Shown here in pieces: positions 49,951-57,937 of a stretch of 64,000 nt of DNA. A program made the position numbers and the translations under genes. How positions within the stretch are numbered: the first letter of the stretch is position 1; each line of letters opens with the position of its first letter. The stretch comes from Chloroflexota bacterium (GTDB taxonomy: Bacteria; Chloroflexota; Limnocylindria; P2-11E): contig JBBPIQ010000002.1 in assembly GCA_038040345.1 (NCBI GenBank), forward strand, positions 36,243-100,242, given 5' to 3'. The notes below the pieces were generated by a model. The model had not been told where the DNA came from and made no database searches. It saw only the letters and a list, made by a program, of their open reading frames with translations.

Positions 49951-49995
49951 AAAATGGCAAAACCGCGTTTCGATCAATAGCGACGTGGGTTCTTG

Positions 49996-50067
49996 CTGGG
50001 GAGGGTGGATTCGAACCACCGATTACCTGATCCAGAGTCAGGAGCCTTACCGCTTGGCCACTCCCCA
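49996..50067 (-). tRNA. tRNA-Gln(CTG)
   Basis: TGGGGAGTGGCCAAGCGGTAAGGCTCCTGACTCTGGATCAGGTAATCGGTGGTTCGAATCCACCCTCCCCAG folds as a cloverleaf with a U1-A72 pair and CTG anticodon; CCA is not encoded. Confidence 0.96.
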
Positions 50068-50081
50068 ATGGAGCACGTGAA

Positions 50082-50492
50082 TTATCCCATCCGAGGCCTC
50101 GCGCGGAGCGACGAGACCAATGTGACGAGCAGCAGTGGCTCGATCACGAGCGCGAAGAGGATCCCGCCGCCGAGGCTGATGATCCCGGTGAGCTCCATGA
50201 GCAGGGCGAGAGTGATGAGCCACACACGCGGCCGGGAGTTGAGCCATACACCGATGACGGCGAGTAAAGGCGCGAGCGACCACATGACTATCCACAGCAG
50301 CGGGGCGGGAAAGAGATCATTGCCCTGGATCTCGATGAGGCTCGAGCTGCGGCAGACCTGCGGCCCCGGACTCTGACCAGATGCGACCGCCGTGGTCGTG
50401 CATCCGTAGAAGAACGGTCCGAACAGGACGCCCCAGCCGAGGATGACGCCGGCCGCGAGAGCGAGCAATGACGCGATCCGCGCGATCCGCAT
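50082..50492 (-). CDS. Small membrane protein
   Basis: About 4 hydrophobic helices and a Cys pair in the loop. Confidence 0.6.
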   Translation of the reverse strand: MRIARIASLLALAAGVILGWGVLFGPFFYGCTTTAVASGQSPGPQVCRSSSLIEIQGNDLFPAPLLWIVMWSLAPLLAVIGVWLNSRPRVWLITLALLMELTGIISLGGGILFALVIEPLLLVTLVSSLRARPRMG

Positions 50493-50530
50493 GCGGGGAC
50501 CCTAGATCGGGATCGCCGCGATGCAAGTCG

Positions 50531-51463
50531 TCAGGCGATGAGCGCCTGAGGCGGCCGGTCGTCCTGGTGGCGCCGTGCACGCGGAGACATTTTCTTCGAT
50601 GCGATGCGGCCACCTGACTTGAGCTCGACCTTGCACCACACGTCATCCACGAGCGCTTCGAAAGTGAAGCGACCCTGGTGCCGACCTTCCAGGGTCGCTA
50701 CGACGTGGTCGGGGGCACGAAGGACGAGCGCGACTTGCGCGCCTTCCTTGAGCGTGTCGATGGCGTGGGCGCTGATCGCGATGACGCTCTCGTGCTCGTT
50801 CATGATCCTGATCTGAGAGGGCACGATGCCCGCGCTCTCGAAACGGAGCCAGGTGAGCATGTTCTCCTCGAAGACGCGCCACATGAGCGGCACGACGAGG
50901 TCCTCGCCCGTCGGCAGCACCGCAGGCTCATCGGTGGTCGTCCCGTTCTCATTCCCAAGCGCACGCGAGAATTCGCCGATCTTCATTCGCGCCTCGTAGA
51001 GCTGACGCTCGAGGTGGTGCTGACGGCGCTTGACGCGATGCTCATTCGCTTCCGCAGTCGCCCGTGCGTCCTGTGCGCGCTGCAGCGCGTCGCGAAGGTT
51101 CGCGACATCGTTCACCGCCCACTCGAACTGGCGGATGACCATGGCCACGCGCTGATCGGCTTCGGCCTTGAGCTCGTCGGTTACCGATGCGAGCGTTCTC
51201 GCGGCGATGTGCCGATTAAGACGCGTCGTGAGCAGCGAGAGCCCGGCGCCGGCGGCGAGGCCAACGACGATCCCCGCAAGGAGACCGCGAGCGGCGCCGT
51301 CGACGAATGGAATGAGGACGACACAGAGCGCAAGTGGTGCGACCCACGGCAGGTACCGCTTCGTTCGCACGTGCGGCCGAGCCGTGTGGCGCAGAGCGGC
51401 CTTCGAATGCGCGTCACAGAGGGCGCATTCGTGGCCGAGCCGATGTTGCATGGGTCCGTTCAC
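50531..51463 (-). CDS. Hypothetical protein with two TM helices, a coiled coil and a C-terminal beta domain
   Basis: SD GGGAGG 7 nt before GTG 51463; protein-like composition. Confidence 0.65.
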   Translation of the reverse strand: MNGPMQHRLGHECALCDAHSKAALRHTARPHVRTKRYLPWVAPLALCVVLIPFVDGAARGLLAGIVVGLAAGAGLSLLTTRLNRHIAARTLASVTDELKAEADQRVAMVIRQFEWAVNDVANLRDALQRAQDARATAEANEHRVKRRQHHLERQLYEARMKIGEFSRALGNENGTTTDEPAVLPTGEDLVVPLMWRVFEENMLTWLRFESAGIVPSQIRIMNEHESVIAISAHAIDTLKEGAQVALVLRAPDHVVATLEGRHQGRFTFEALVDDVWCKVELKSGGRIASKKMSPRARRHQDDRPPQALIA

Positions 51464-51692
51464 TTGTCGTCCTCCCGTTCCTGTTGCCCAGACTCGGGTC
51501 CGCCGGCCAAGCGGGCATCCCGAGAACGGGGGACGCGGGCGAAGACCCCCCAGACGGGGGAGTACGAGCGGGGCAGGACCCTGCCCCTGTCGGCGGATTG
51601 CCGGTAGGCCCTCTTCGTCTCTCGTTACGGGTGCCAGTACTCCGTAGCGTTCGCCGTGCTGGGGTGGGTTTTCCCGGCGGAGGTAACTAGAT

Positions 51693-53654
51693 ATGAAGGC
51701 TTTGCTGCGACCCCTGTTCGTGGGTGGACTCAGCATCGCCATTGCGGCGACGACCCTTGTCGGATCGTCGTCAGTGGCTCTCGGCGCGACCAGGCCGTCG
51801 ATCACGAGCTGGTCGGTAAGCGGGCCTGTCTACGAAGGCGACAGACCGTTCGCAAATGCGACATTCACCGATGTCGACCTGCTCGACCAGCACACGGTCG
51901 ACGTCTCCTGGGGCGACAACACCTATGACACTTACACGCTGCCCCTCGGAGACCGGAGCTTCTCTGTGCAGAAGACCGTCCCGTACCTGGACGAAACCAC
52001 GACACCCTGGACTGTTCAGATAACGGTCAACGACCCGATCTTCTCGACATCGCGATTCACGACCGTCAACGTCTTGAACGCGGCGCCGTCGATCACGTCG
52101 TTCGGCCTTTCGTCGAGCGACATGGAGGCGGGCCAGGCGGTCACCGCGTCCGGCGTCTTCAAGGACGCTGGCGCCACCGACACCCACACCGTCACCTTTG
52201 ACTGGGGCGACGGCTCGCCGACCGCAACGAAGAATCTCGCGGCCGGCGTCTACTCCTTCAGCAGCGACGCATACACGTACGCAGGCGTTGGCAACTTCAC
52301 CGTCACCGCGACCGTGACGGACAACGCCGGCGCATTCGCGACCGCGACCTCGAGCGTCAGCGTCCACCAACCGAACCAGGCGCCGAGCGTCGCATCGTTC
52401 GACGTCACCGCCGGTAACGAGGGCGGCAGCTCGACCCTCGCGCTCACGTTCGCCGACGTCGACGCTTCCGACACGCACACCGTCTCGGTGGCGTGGGGCG
52501 ACGGCCTCACGAGCGATTCGGGCGTCCTCGCATCGGACGTCACTACGTTCAACACCTCGCACGTCTACGCCGACACCGGCAGCTTCTCGGTCGTGCTCAC
52601 GCTTGCGGACAACGCGGGCCACTCGGTCACCGCGAACGCGTCGGTCTCGCCGACGAACGTTGCGCCCGTTGTTGGCAGCCTGTCCGTCTCGCCGAGCCCG
52701 GTCGTCGATCACCAGACGCTGACCGTAAGCGGCACGTTCACCGACCCGGGCACGGCCGACACCTTCACGCTCACTGTCGACTGGGGCGATCTGACGTCCT
52801 GGACAGACTCGCTCGCCGCGGGGACACGCTCGTTCTCCGCGACGCACGCCTACAACGCCACAGGCCCGGTCACCATCACGGCGACCGTTACCGACCGCGA
52901 TAGCGGTCGGTCCAGCTCGAGCGTGGATCTCGTCGTGGGCTCGAGCAACCACGCGCCCGCCAACCTCTCGCTGTCGGCGAGCGCCGACGGAGCGAACGTG
53001 GCTCTCGACGCGAGCTTCACCGATGCTGACGCGCTCGACACGCACACGGTCTCGATGACCTGGGGCGACGGCGCTTCGGCCCAACAGGATCTCGCTGCGG
53101 GCACGACCACCTTCACAGCGGCGCACGTCTACGCGGCGAGCGGCACGTACACCGTGAGCGTCACCGTGAGCGATGCCGCGACATCGACGAGCGCGACCAC
53201 GCAGGTCGTCGTCACCGTCCCCGCCGTCACTGCTGCCGATGTCCTGGACGACATGTCCGGGCTGGTGCTGAGCTTCAACCTCGATCGGAACACGGAGCGC
53301 TGGCTCCTAAAGAAGATCGACGACACCACGGCTTCGCTCGCGTATGGCAACGGCCAGGTTTGCTCGAGCACTGGCACCCTCAGTCACCTGATGGCATTCG
53401 CACAGCGCGCCCTCACCGAGAGCGAGTACGCGGCGCTGAGCGGGCTCTCGACCAACCTTCAGGCAGCGGCTGGGTGCAACGGAGCACTAAGCCCAAAAGT
53501 TCTAAAGGCGTCAACCGTGACGCCGAATACCACGGTAACGACGGTGACCACGCAGACCGCGATGCCGGCTCCGGCTCCGGCACCGAAAGAGGACACGACG
53601 CCGAAGAACACGAAGGCGGACACCAAGGCCACGGGAGGTCGTAACTCCCGCTAA
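51693..53654 (+). CDS. Secreted PKD/Ig-like repeat surface protein
   Basis: Signal peptide, five repeats of F(T/K/A)D...HTV...WGD, NxAP linkers and SD GGAGGT. Confidence 0.85.
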   Translation: MKALLRPLFVGGLSIAIAATTLVGSSSVALGATRPSITSWSVSGPVYEGDRPFANATFTDVDLLDQHTVDVSWGDNTYDTYTLPLGDRSFSVQKTVPYLDETTTPWTVQITVNDPIFSTSRFTTVNVLNAAPSITSFGLSSSDMEAGQAVTASGVFKDAGATDTHTVTFDWGDGSPTATKNLAAGVYSFSSDAYTYAGVGNFTVTATVTDNAGAFATATSSVSVHQPNQAPSVASFDVTAGNEGGSSTLALTFADVDASDTHTVSVAWGDGLTSDSGVLASDVTTFNTSHVYADTGSFSVVLTLADNAGHSVTANASVSPTNVAPVVGSLSVSPSPVVDHQTLTVSGTFTDPGTADTFTLTVDWGDLTSWTDSLAAGTRSFSATHAYNATGPVTITATVTDRDSGRSSSSVDLVVGSSNHAPANLSLSASADGANVALDASFTDADALDTHTVSMTWGDGASAQQDLAAGTTTFTAAHVYAASGTYTVSVTVSDAATSTSATTQVVVTVPAVTAADVLDDMSGLVLSFNLDRNTERWLLKKIDDTTASLAYGNGQVCSSTGTLSHLMAFAQRALTESEYAALSGLSTNLQAAAGCNGALSPKVLKASTVTPNTTVTTVTTQTAMPAPAPAPKEDTTPKNTKADTKATGGRNSR

Positions 53655-53683
53655 CCAGGCCCCACCTCCCCCCAAGCAGCGGC

Positions 53684-53714
53684 GGGCCGTTCGCGCGGAG
53701 AGCGCGAGCGGCCC
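53684..53714 (+). terminator. GC-rich hairpin after the PKD gene
   Basis: GGGCCGTTCGCGC-GGAGA-GCGCGAGCGGCCC; no U-tract. Confidence 0.5.
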
Positions 53715-53736
53715 CCGCGTGTCAGGCTATGGACGG

Positions 53737-54825
53737 ATGAGCGATCGGAAGCTGCCGCGCCCGCGTGCCGAGCTTGCGCAGTTCCAGCCCTACCGGACTC
53801 AGATGCTCAAGGCCGACGTCCGCATCAACGCGAACGAGTGGCCCGAGCCGAACGCGGCGGGTCAGTACATCACGGCCGAGGAGCTGAATGGCGTCCTTCT
53901 GAACAGGTATCCCGGCCGAGGCGACGAGCTCCGCGACATCCTTTCGGCTCGCTGGGGCACCAAACCGGAGCGGCTCATCCTCGGCAACGGCAGCAACGAG
54001 CTTCTGCTCCAGGTCTTTCTCGTCTTCGGCGGCCACGGGCGAAAGACGCTCCTGTTCCACCCCACCTACTCGATGCACGGCCGGCTCACGCAGCTTGCGG
54101 GCGGGACCGTCGTCGAGGAGATGGTCGGCTTGCCGTACGAGGTGACGAAGGAGCGCGCGCTCGCCGCAATGGCGAAGGCGCGCCCCGAGATCGTCGTGTT
54201 CACGACGCCGAACAACCCGACCGGCGGCGAGATCGACGCCGACGTCATCCTCGCGGTCGCGGAGCGCTTTCCGGAGACGCTCGTGCTCGTCGACGAGGCG
54301 TATTCCGATTTCGCCGGGAAGTCGCTCGTCTCGCGCATGGACGAGTTCCCGAACATGGTCATCTCGAAGACGTTCTCGAAGGTGCTCGCGGCGGCGGGGC
54401 TGCGCGTCGGAACCTTGATCGTGCATCCGGATCTGATGGGCTACTTCACCGCGGCGGCGCTCCCGTACAACGTGAGCACGTTGACGCTCGCGGTCGCCGC
54501 GCGTATCGCGCGCGACGAGGAATCCATCGGACACCGGCTCAAGCTCGCGAAGCAGGAGCGCGATCGCGTACTCGCCGCGCTCCGCCGGGTCTCGGCGATC
54601 GAGGTGTTCCCGTCGGTCACCAACTTCATCCTCTTCCGGCTGAAGAACGAGAAGCCACCGGACGTGCACGCGCGGTTCCTCGAGCAGAGCGTCCTCATCC
54701 GCGACATCTCTATCTGGCCCGGGTGTGACGGGTGCCTGCGGGCCTCGATCGGAACGCCGGCGGAGAACGATCGCTTCATCGCCGCGCTCGACACCGTCTT
54801 CGCCGCTCCCGCCGCACGCCGATAG
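53737..54825 (+). CDS. hisC: Histidinol-phosphate aminotransferase
   Basis: NANE, NRYP, GNGSNE, PNNPTG, VDEAY and KTFSKVLAAAGLRVG. Confidence 0.9.
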   Translation: MSDRKLPRPRAELAQFQPYRTQMLKADVRINANEWPEPNAAGQYITAEELNGVLLNRYPGRGDELRDILSARWGTKPERLILGNGSNELLLQVFLVFGGHGRKTLLFHPTYSMHGRLTQLAGGTVVEEMVGLPYEVTKERALAAMAKARPEIVVFTTPNNPTGGEIDADVILAVAERFPETLVLVDEAYSDFAGKSLVSRMDEFPNMVISKTFSKVLAAAGLRVGTLIVHPDLMGYFTAAALPYNVSTLTLAVAARIARDEESIGHRLKLAKQERDRVLAALRRVSAIEVFPSVTNFILFRLKNEKPPDVHARFLEQSVLIRDISIWPGCDGCLRASIGTPAENDRFIAALDTVFAAPAARR

Positions 54826-55700
54826 CCGGCGCGACGCTCCTCGTCGACGCGGCGAGCCTGGCATATCGCGCCTATCACGCCGTGCCGGAGTGGAAGGCCC
54901 CCGACGGCACGAACGTGAACGCCGCGCTCGGGTTCCTCAACTTCATCTCGCGTCTGGTGCCCGACCGCCGGCCCTCGAAGCTCTTCATCGCGCTCGATGC
55001 CGATTGGCGCCCGCAGTTTCGCGTCGACGCGATACCGTCCTATAAGTCGCACCGCGTCGCGGGACCCGACGACCCACCCGATCCGGTGGATCCGCAGATG
55101 AAGATCATCATCGAGCTGCTCCACGCGTTCGGCATCTCGGTTTCCGCCGCGGATGGCTACGAGGCCGAGGACGTGATCGCCACGATCGCCGAGGGCACGA
55201 CCGGTCCGATCGAGATCGTGACGGGCGACCGTGACCTCTTCGCGCTCGTGAAGGATCCGAACGTCCGCGTGCTCTACACCCTGCGCGGCGTCAGCGAGCT
55301 TGGGCAGGTCGACGAGGCTTACATCCGTAACAAGTACGGCGTGCCGGGCGATCGGTACTTCGACTACGCGGTGCTTCGCGGCGATCCGTCGGACGGTCTT
55401 CCCGGTGTACACGGGATAGGCGAGAAGACGGCGAGCCATCTCGTCTCGAAGTACGGATCGCTCGACGGCATCCTCGCGGCGACGGACATATCCGCGACGA
55501 TCCGGTCGAAGCTGCGCGCCGACGCGGACTATCTCACCGCCGCGCGCAAGGTTGTGTGGATGGCGCGCGACGCTCCCGTTACTGGAGGGGACGGCACCGT
55601 TCCGCGAAAGCCCGCCGATCCCGAGAAGCTCGAGAAGCTCGCGAAGCGGTACTCGCTCGGAGCTGCCGTTGGACGACTCATGGACGCGCTCGCGGCCTAA
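54822..55700 (+). CDS. Stand-alone 5'-3' exonuclease (Pol I 5' nuclease/FEN-like); start uncertain
   Basis: LLVD..SLAYRAY, YKSHR, EAEDVI, TGDRD and LRGDPSDGLPGVHGIGEKTA. Confidence 0.88.
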   Translation: MAGATLLVDAASLAYRAYHAVPEWKAPDGTNVNAALGFLNFISRLVPDRRPSKLFIALDADWRPQFRVDAIPSYKSHRVAGPDDPPDPVDPQMKIIIELLHAFGISVSAADGYEAEDVIATIAEGTTGPIEIVTGDRDLFALVKDPNVRVLYTLRGVSELGQVDEAYIRNKYGVPGDRYFDYAVLRGDPSDGLPGVHGIGEKTASHLVSKYGSLDGILAATDISATIRSKLRADADYLTAARKVVWMARDAPVTGGDGTVPRKPADPEKLEKLAKRYSLGAAVGRLMDALAA

Positions 55701-55712
55701 CATTCACCCCTC

Positions 55713-56450
55713 GTGATCGTCTATCCCGCGATCGACATCTACGAAGGCCGTGCCGTCCGCATGACGCGCGGCGATTTCGACACGGTCGAGCAGGTTGCCG
55801 CGTCTCCGCTCGAGGCCGCGCGAAAGCTCGTCGCCGAGGGGGCGGAATGGCTCCACATCATCGACCTCGACGGATCGCGGACCGGCAAGCCCGCGAACCT
55901 CGATCACCTCCGCGCGATAGCAAACCGCTTCACCGTGAAGATCCAGGCCGGCGGCGGCATACGCGACTTCGACACGGCCGAGGCGTTCGCCGAGGCCGGC
56001 GCGTCGCGCATCGTGGTCGGGACCGCCGCAATCGACGACCCGGAGCTGATTGGCCGCCTCGTCGACCGGCACGCCGACGGCTTGGCCGTGTCCGTCGACG
56101 CGCGCAATGGAATGGTCGCGACAGATGGCTGGACGGAGACGACCAACATCCGCGCCGTGGATCTCATGCAGCGTCTCGCCGTGACCGGCGTTGCGACCGT
56201 CATCTACACGAACGTGTCCATCGACGGCACGCTTCAGGGCCTCGACCTCGTGTCGACCGAGGCGGTCGCCCGCGCGTTCGGCGGCGACGTCATCTACTCC
56301 GGCGGCGTCGGCTCGCTCGAGGACATCGCGGCGCTCACAAAGCTCCGCCATCGCGGGTTGCGCGGCGTGATCGTCGGGCGCGCTCTCTACCTCGGCCGCT
56401 TCACGTTGAAGGACGCGTTGCGCGTCGCGCGCGACGGCGCCGCGCGCTAG
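55713..56450 (+). CDS. hisA: ProFAR isomerase
   Basis: YPAIDI..GRAVR, LHIIDLDG, GGGIR, DGTLQG, SGGV and GRALY. Confidence 0.92.
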   Translation: MIVYPAIDIYEGRAVRMTRGDFDTVEQVAASPLEAARKLVAEGAEWLHIIDLDGSRTGKPANLDHLRAIANRFTVKIQAGGGIRDFDTAEAFAEAGASRIVVGTAAIDDPELIGRLVDRHADGLAVSVDARNGMVATDGWTETTNIRAVDLMQRLAVTGVATVIYTNVSIDGTLQGLDLVSTEAVARAFGGDVIYSGGVGSLEDIAALTKLRHRGLRGVIVGRALYLGRFTLKDALRVARDGAAR

Positions 56451-57280
56451 GCGAGGAACTCCAGCAACAGCCGGTTCACGATCTCGGGGCGCTCCTCCAT
56501 CACCCAGTGGCTCGTGTCCGGAACGTATTCGATGCGCGGCGGGTTCTCGAAGAGGCCGTCCATCCCGCGCGTGAGCTCCATGCCCAGCGCGAAGTCGTCC
56601 TCTGCCCAGATGAGGAGCGTGGGCGCCTTGATCTTCCCGCGCGCCAGGGGCGAACGGGCGGCGGCGCGGTAGTAGTTGATCGCAGCGGTCGCGGCGCCGG
56701 GTGCGCTGAACGCACGGGCGTACTCGTCGAGGTCCGTGTCGCCGAAGGTGTCCGGCTGCTTCGCGGTGCGGCGCATCGAGTCCTTGAGCGCCTTCGCGCC
56801 GTTGCGCCGGAACGACCACTCCGGCAACCACGGCAGCTGGAACGCGAAGATGTACCAGCTCTTGCGGATCTGGGTCCAGTTCGAGCGAAGCGCCTTCTGC
56901 ATGACCGCCGGGTGCGGGCAGTTCAGCACCACAAGCCGATCGACCGCCTCGGGGTGCAGCGTCGCGAGGGTCCATGCGACCCCGCCGCCCCAGTCGTGGC
57001 CGACGACGTGGGCGCGCTCCGCGTCGAACGCATGGATGAGCGCCACGATGTCGTCCGCGACGACCGATGTGCGGTACGCGCCGATGCCTTTCGGCTTGTC
57101 GCTTGCGCCGAAACCCCGCAGGTCGGGCGCGACGACCCGAAAACGGTTCGCCAGCGCGGGCATTTGCTTGCGCCAGGCGCGTGACGTTTCGGGAAAACCA
57201 TGAAGCAGGAGGACGAGCGGGCCCTCTCCTTCCACCACGCAGTGAAGGCGGACGCCGTTGACATCCATGTCGCGCTCCAT
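56447..57280 (-). CDS. Epoxide hydrolase-like alpha/beta hydrolase
   Basis: LLHGFPE, DLRGFG, GHDWGG, NYYRA and SHWV. Confidence 0.9.
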   Translation of the reverse strand: MERDMDVNGVRLHCVVEGEGPLVLLLHGFPETSRAWRKQMPALANRFRVVAPDLRGFGASDKPKGIGAYRTSVVADDIVALIHAFDAERAHVVGHDWGGGVAWTLATLHPEAVDRLVVLNCPHPAVMQKALRSNWTQIRKSWYIFAFQLPWLPEWSFRRNGAKALKDSMRRTAKQPDTFGDTDLDEYARAFSAPGAATAAINYYRAAARSPLARGKIKAPTLLIWAEDDFALGMELTRGMDGLFENPPRIEYVPDTSHWVMEERPEIVNRLLLEFLA

Positions 57281-57342
57281 CGGGCCATGCTGGCATGCCC
57301 GATGCCAGTGGGTCCGGGTGATCCAGCCACGCGCCGGAAGGT

Positions 57343-57933
57343 CTAGCCGCTCTCCACGTCGGTCGGCGCGACGAGAAAGATCCAGATGTCCCACGCGACA
57401 TGGCTCACCACGAGCGCGCCGAGCGGCACGCCGATCGCGCGGAGGAATCCCCAGTACGCTCCCGCGATCGTCGCGGCGCCGATGAGCGTCGCGTTTCCGG
57501 TCACGATGTGCGCGCCGCCGTATAGCGCTGTCGCCGTGAGGTAGCCGGCACGACCCTGCACGAAGCCTCGCCAGAACAGTTCCTCCGCCGGGCCGATGAC
57601 GAGCCCCAGGCGCGCGGCGAGCTCCTCCTTCGGCCTCAGCGACCGAAGCGCGTAGATGTCGCCGATCTCTTGGCCACCGCGTGGCATGACCTCGCGCGCG
57701 ACCGTGTCGCCGACGCGAAAGATCCCGTACAGCCCCGCCGCCGTCGCGAGGCCGAGCGCGACCTCGCCCGCGCCGATGCGGACGCGCCGCGCGTTGCGGT
57801 CGGTCGCGAGGGCGAGGCCACCGAGCACCAGGCCGGTCACGGTCATGCGGTCCCAGAAACGCGCGCGGGGCCCGCGGAAGGTGAGGCCGAACGCCGCGAA
57901 GGCCGCGCCGATACCCAGCGCGAGCAGCTTCAC
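57343..57933 (-). CDS. CPBP (Abi/CAAX protease) family intramembrane protein
   Basis: AEELFWRG, YGGAH and SHVAWD. Confidence 0.85.
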   Translation of the reverse strand: MKLLALGIGAAFAAFGLTFRGPRARFWDRMTVTGLVLGGLALATDRNARRVRIGAGEVALGLATAAGLYGIFRVGDTVAREVMPRGGQEIGDIYALRSLRPKEELAARLGLVIGPAEELFWRGFVQGRAGYLTATALYGGAHIVTGNATLIGAATIAGAYWGFLRAIGVPLGALVVSHVAWDIWIFLVAPTDVESG

Positions 57934-57937
57934 GAGC

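Larger units (their letters stand above)
43148..50042. mobile_element. About 6.9-kb integrative element in tRNA-Gln(CTG)
   Basis: Bounded by 49-bp direct repeats of the tRNA 3' end, with an intact tyrosine recombinase next to the tRNA. Confidence 0.88.
42990..50043. repeat. Dispersed palindromic sites ACCTGAY-N5-RTCAGGT at 42990, 43082, 43179, 46444 (1-nt deletion), 46821, 48444 and 50025 (tRNA anticodon arm)
   Basis: gCCTGACTACGAATCAGGT; ACCTGATTTCCGATCAGGT; ACCTGATCCAGAGTCAGGT; ACCTG-TTACGAATCAGGT; ACCTGATTGCAGATCAGGa; ACCTGATTCGTAGTCAGGT; ACCTGATCCAGAGTCAGGa. Confidence 0.88.

Noticed and set aside
43148-50042. Prophage or ICE
   Set aside because: No structural, replication, relaxase or conjugation genes are recognisable.
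41407-50043. CRISPR array interpretation of the repeated TCAGGT units
   Set aside because: Spacing is irregular and gene-sized, there are no cas genes, and the repeats match the tRNA att core.
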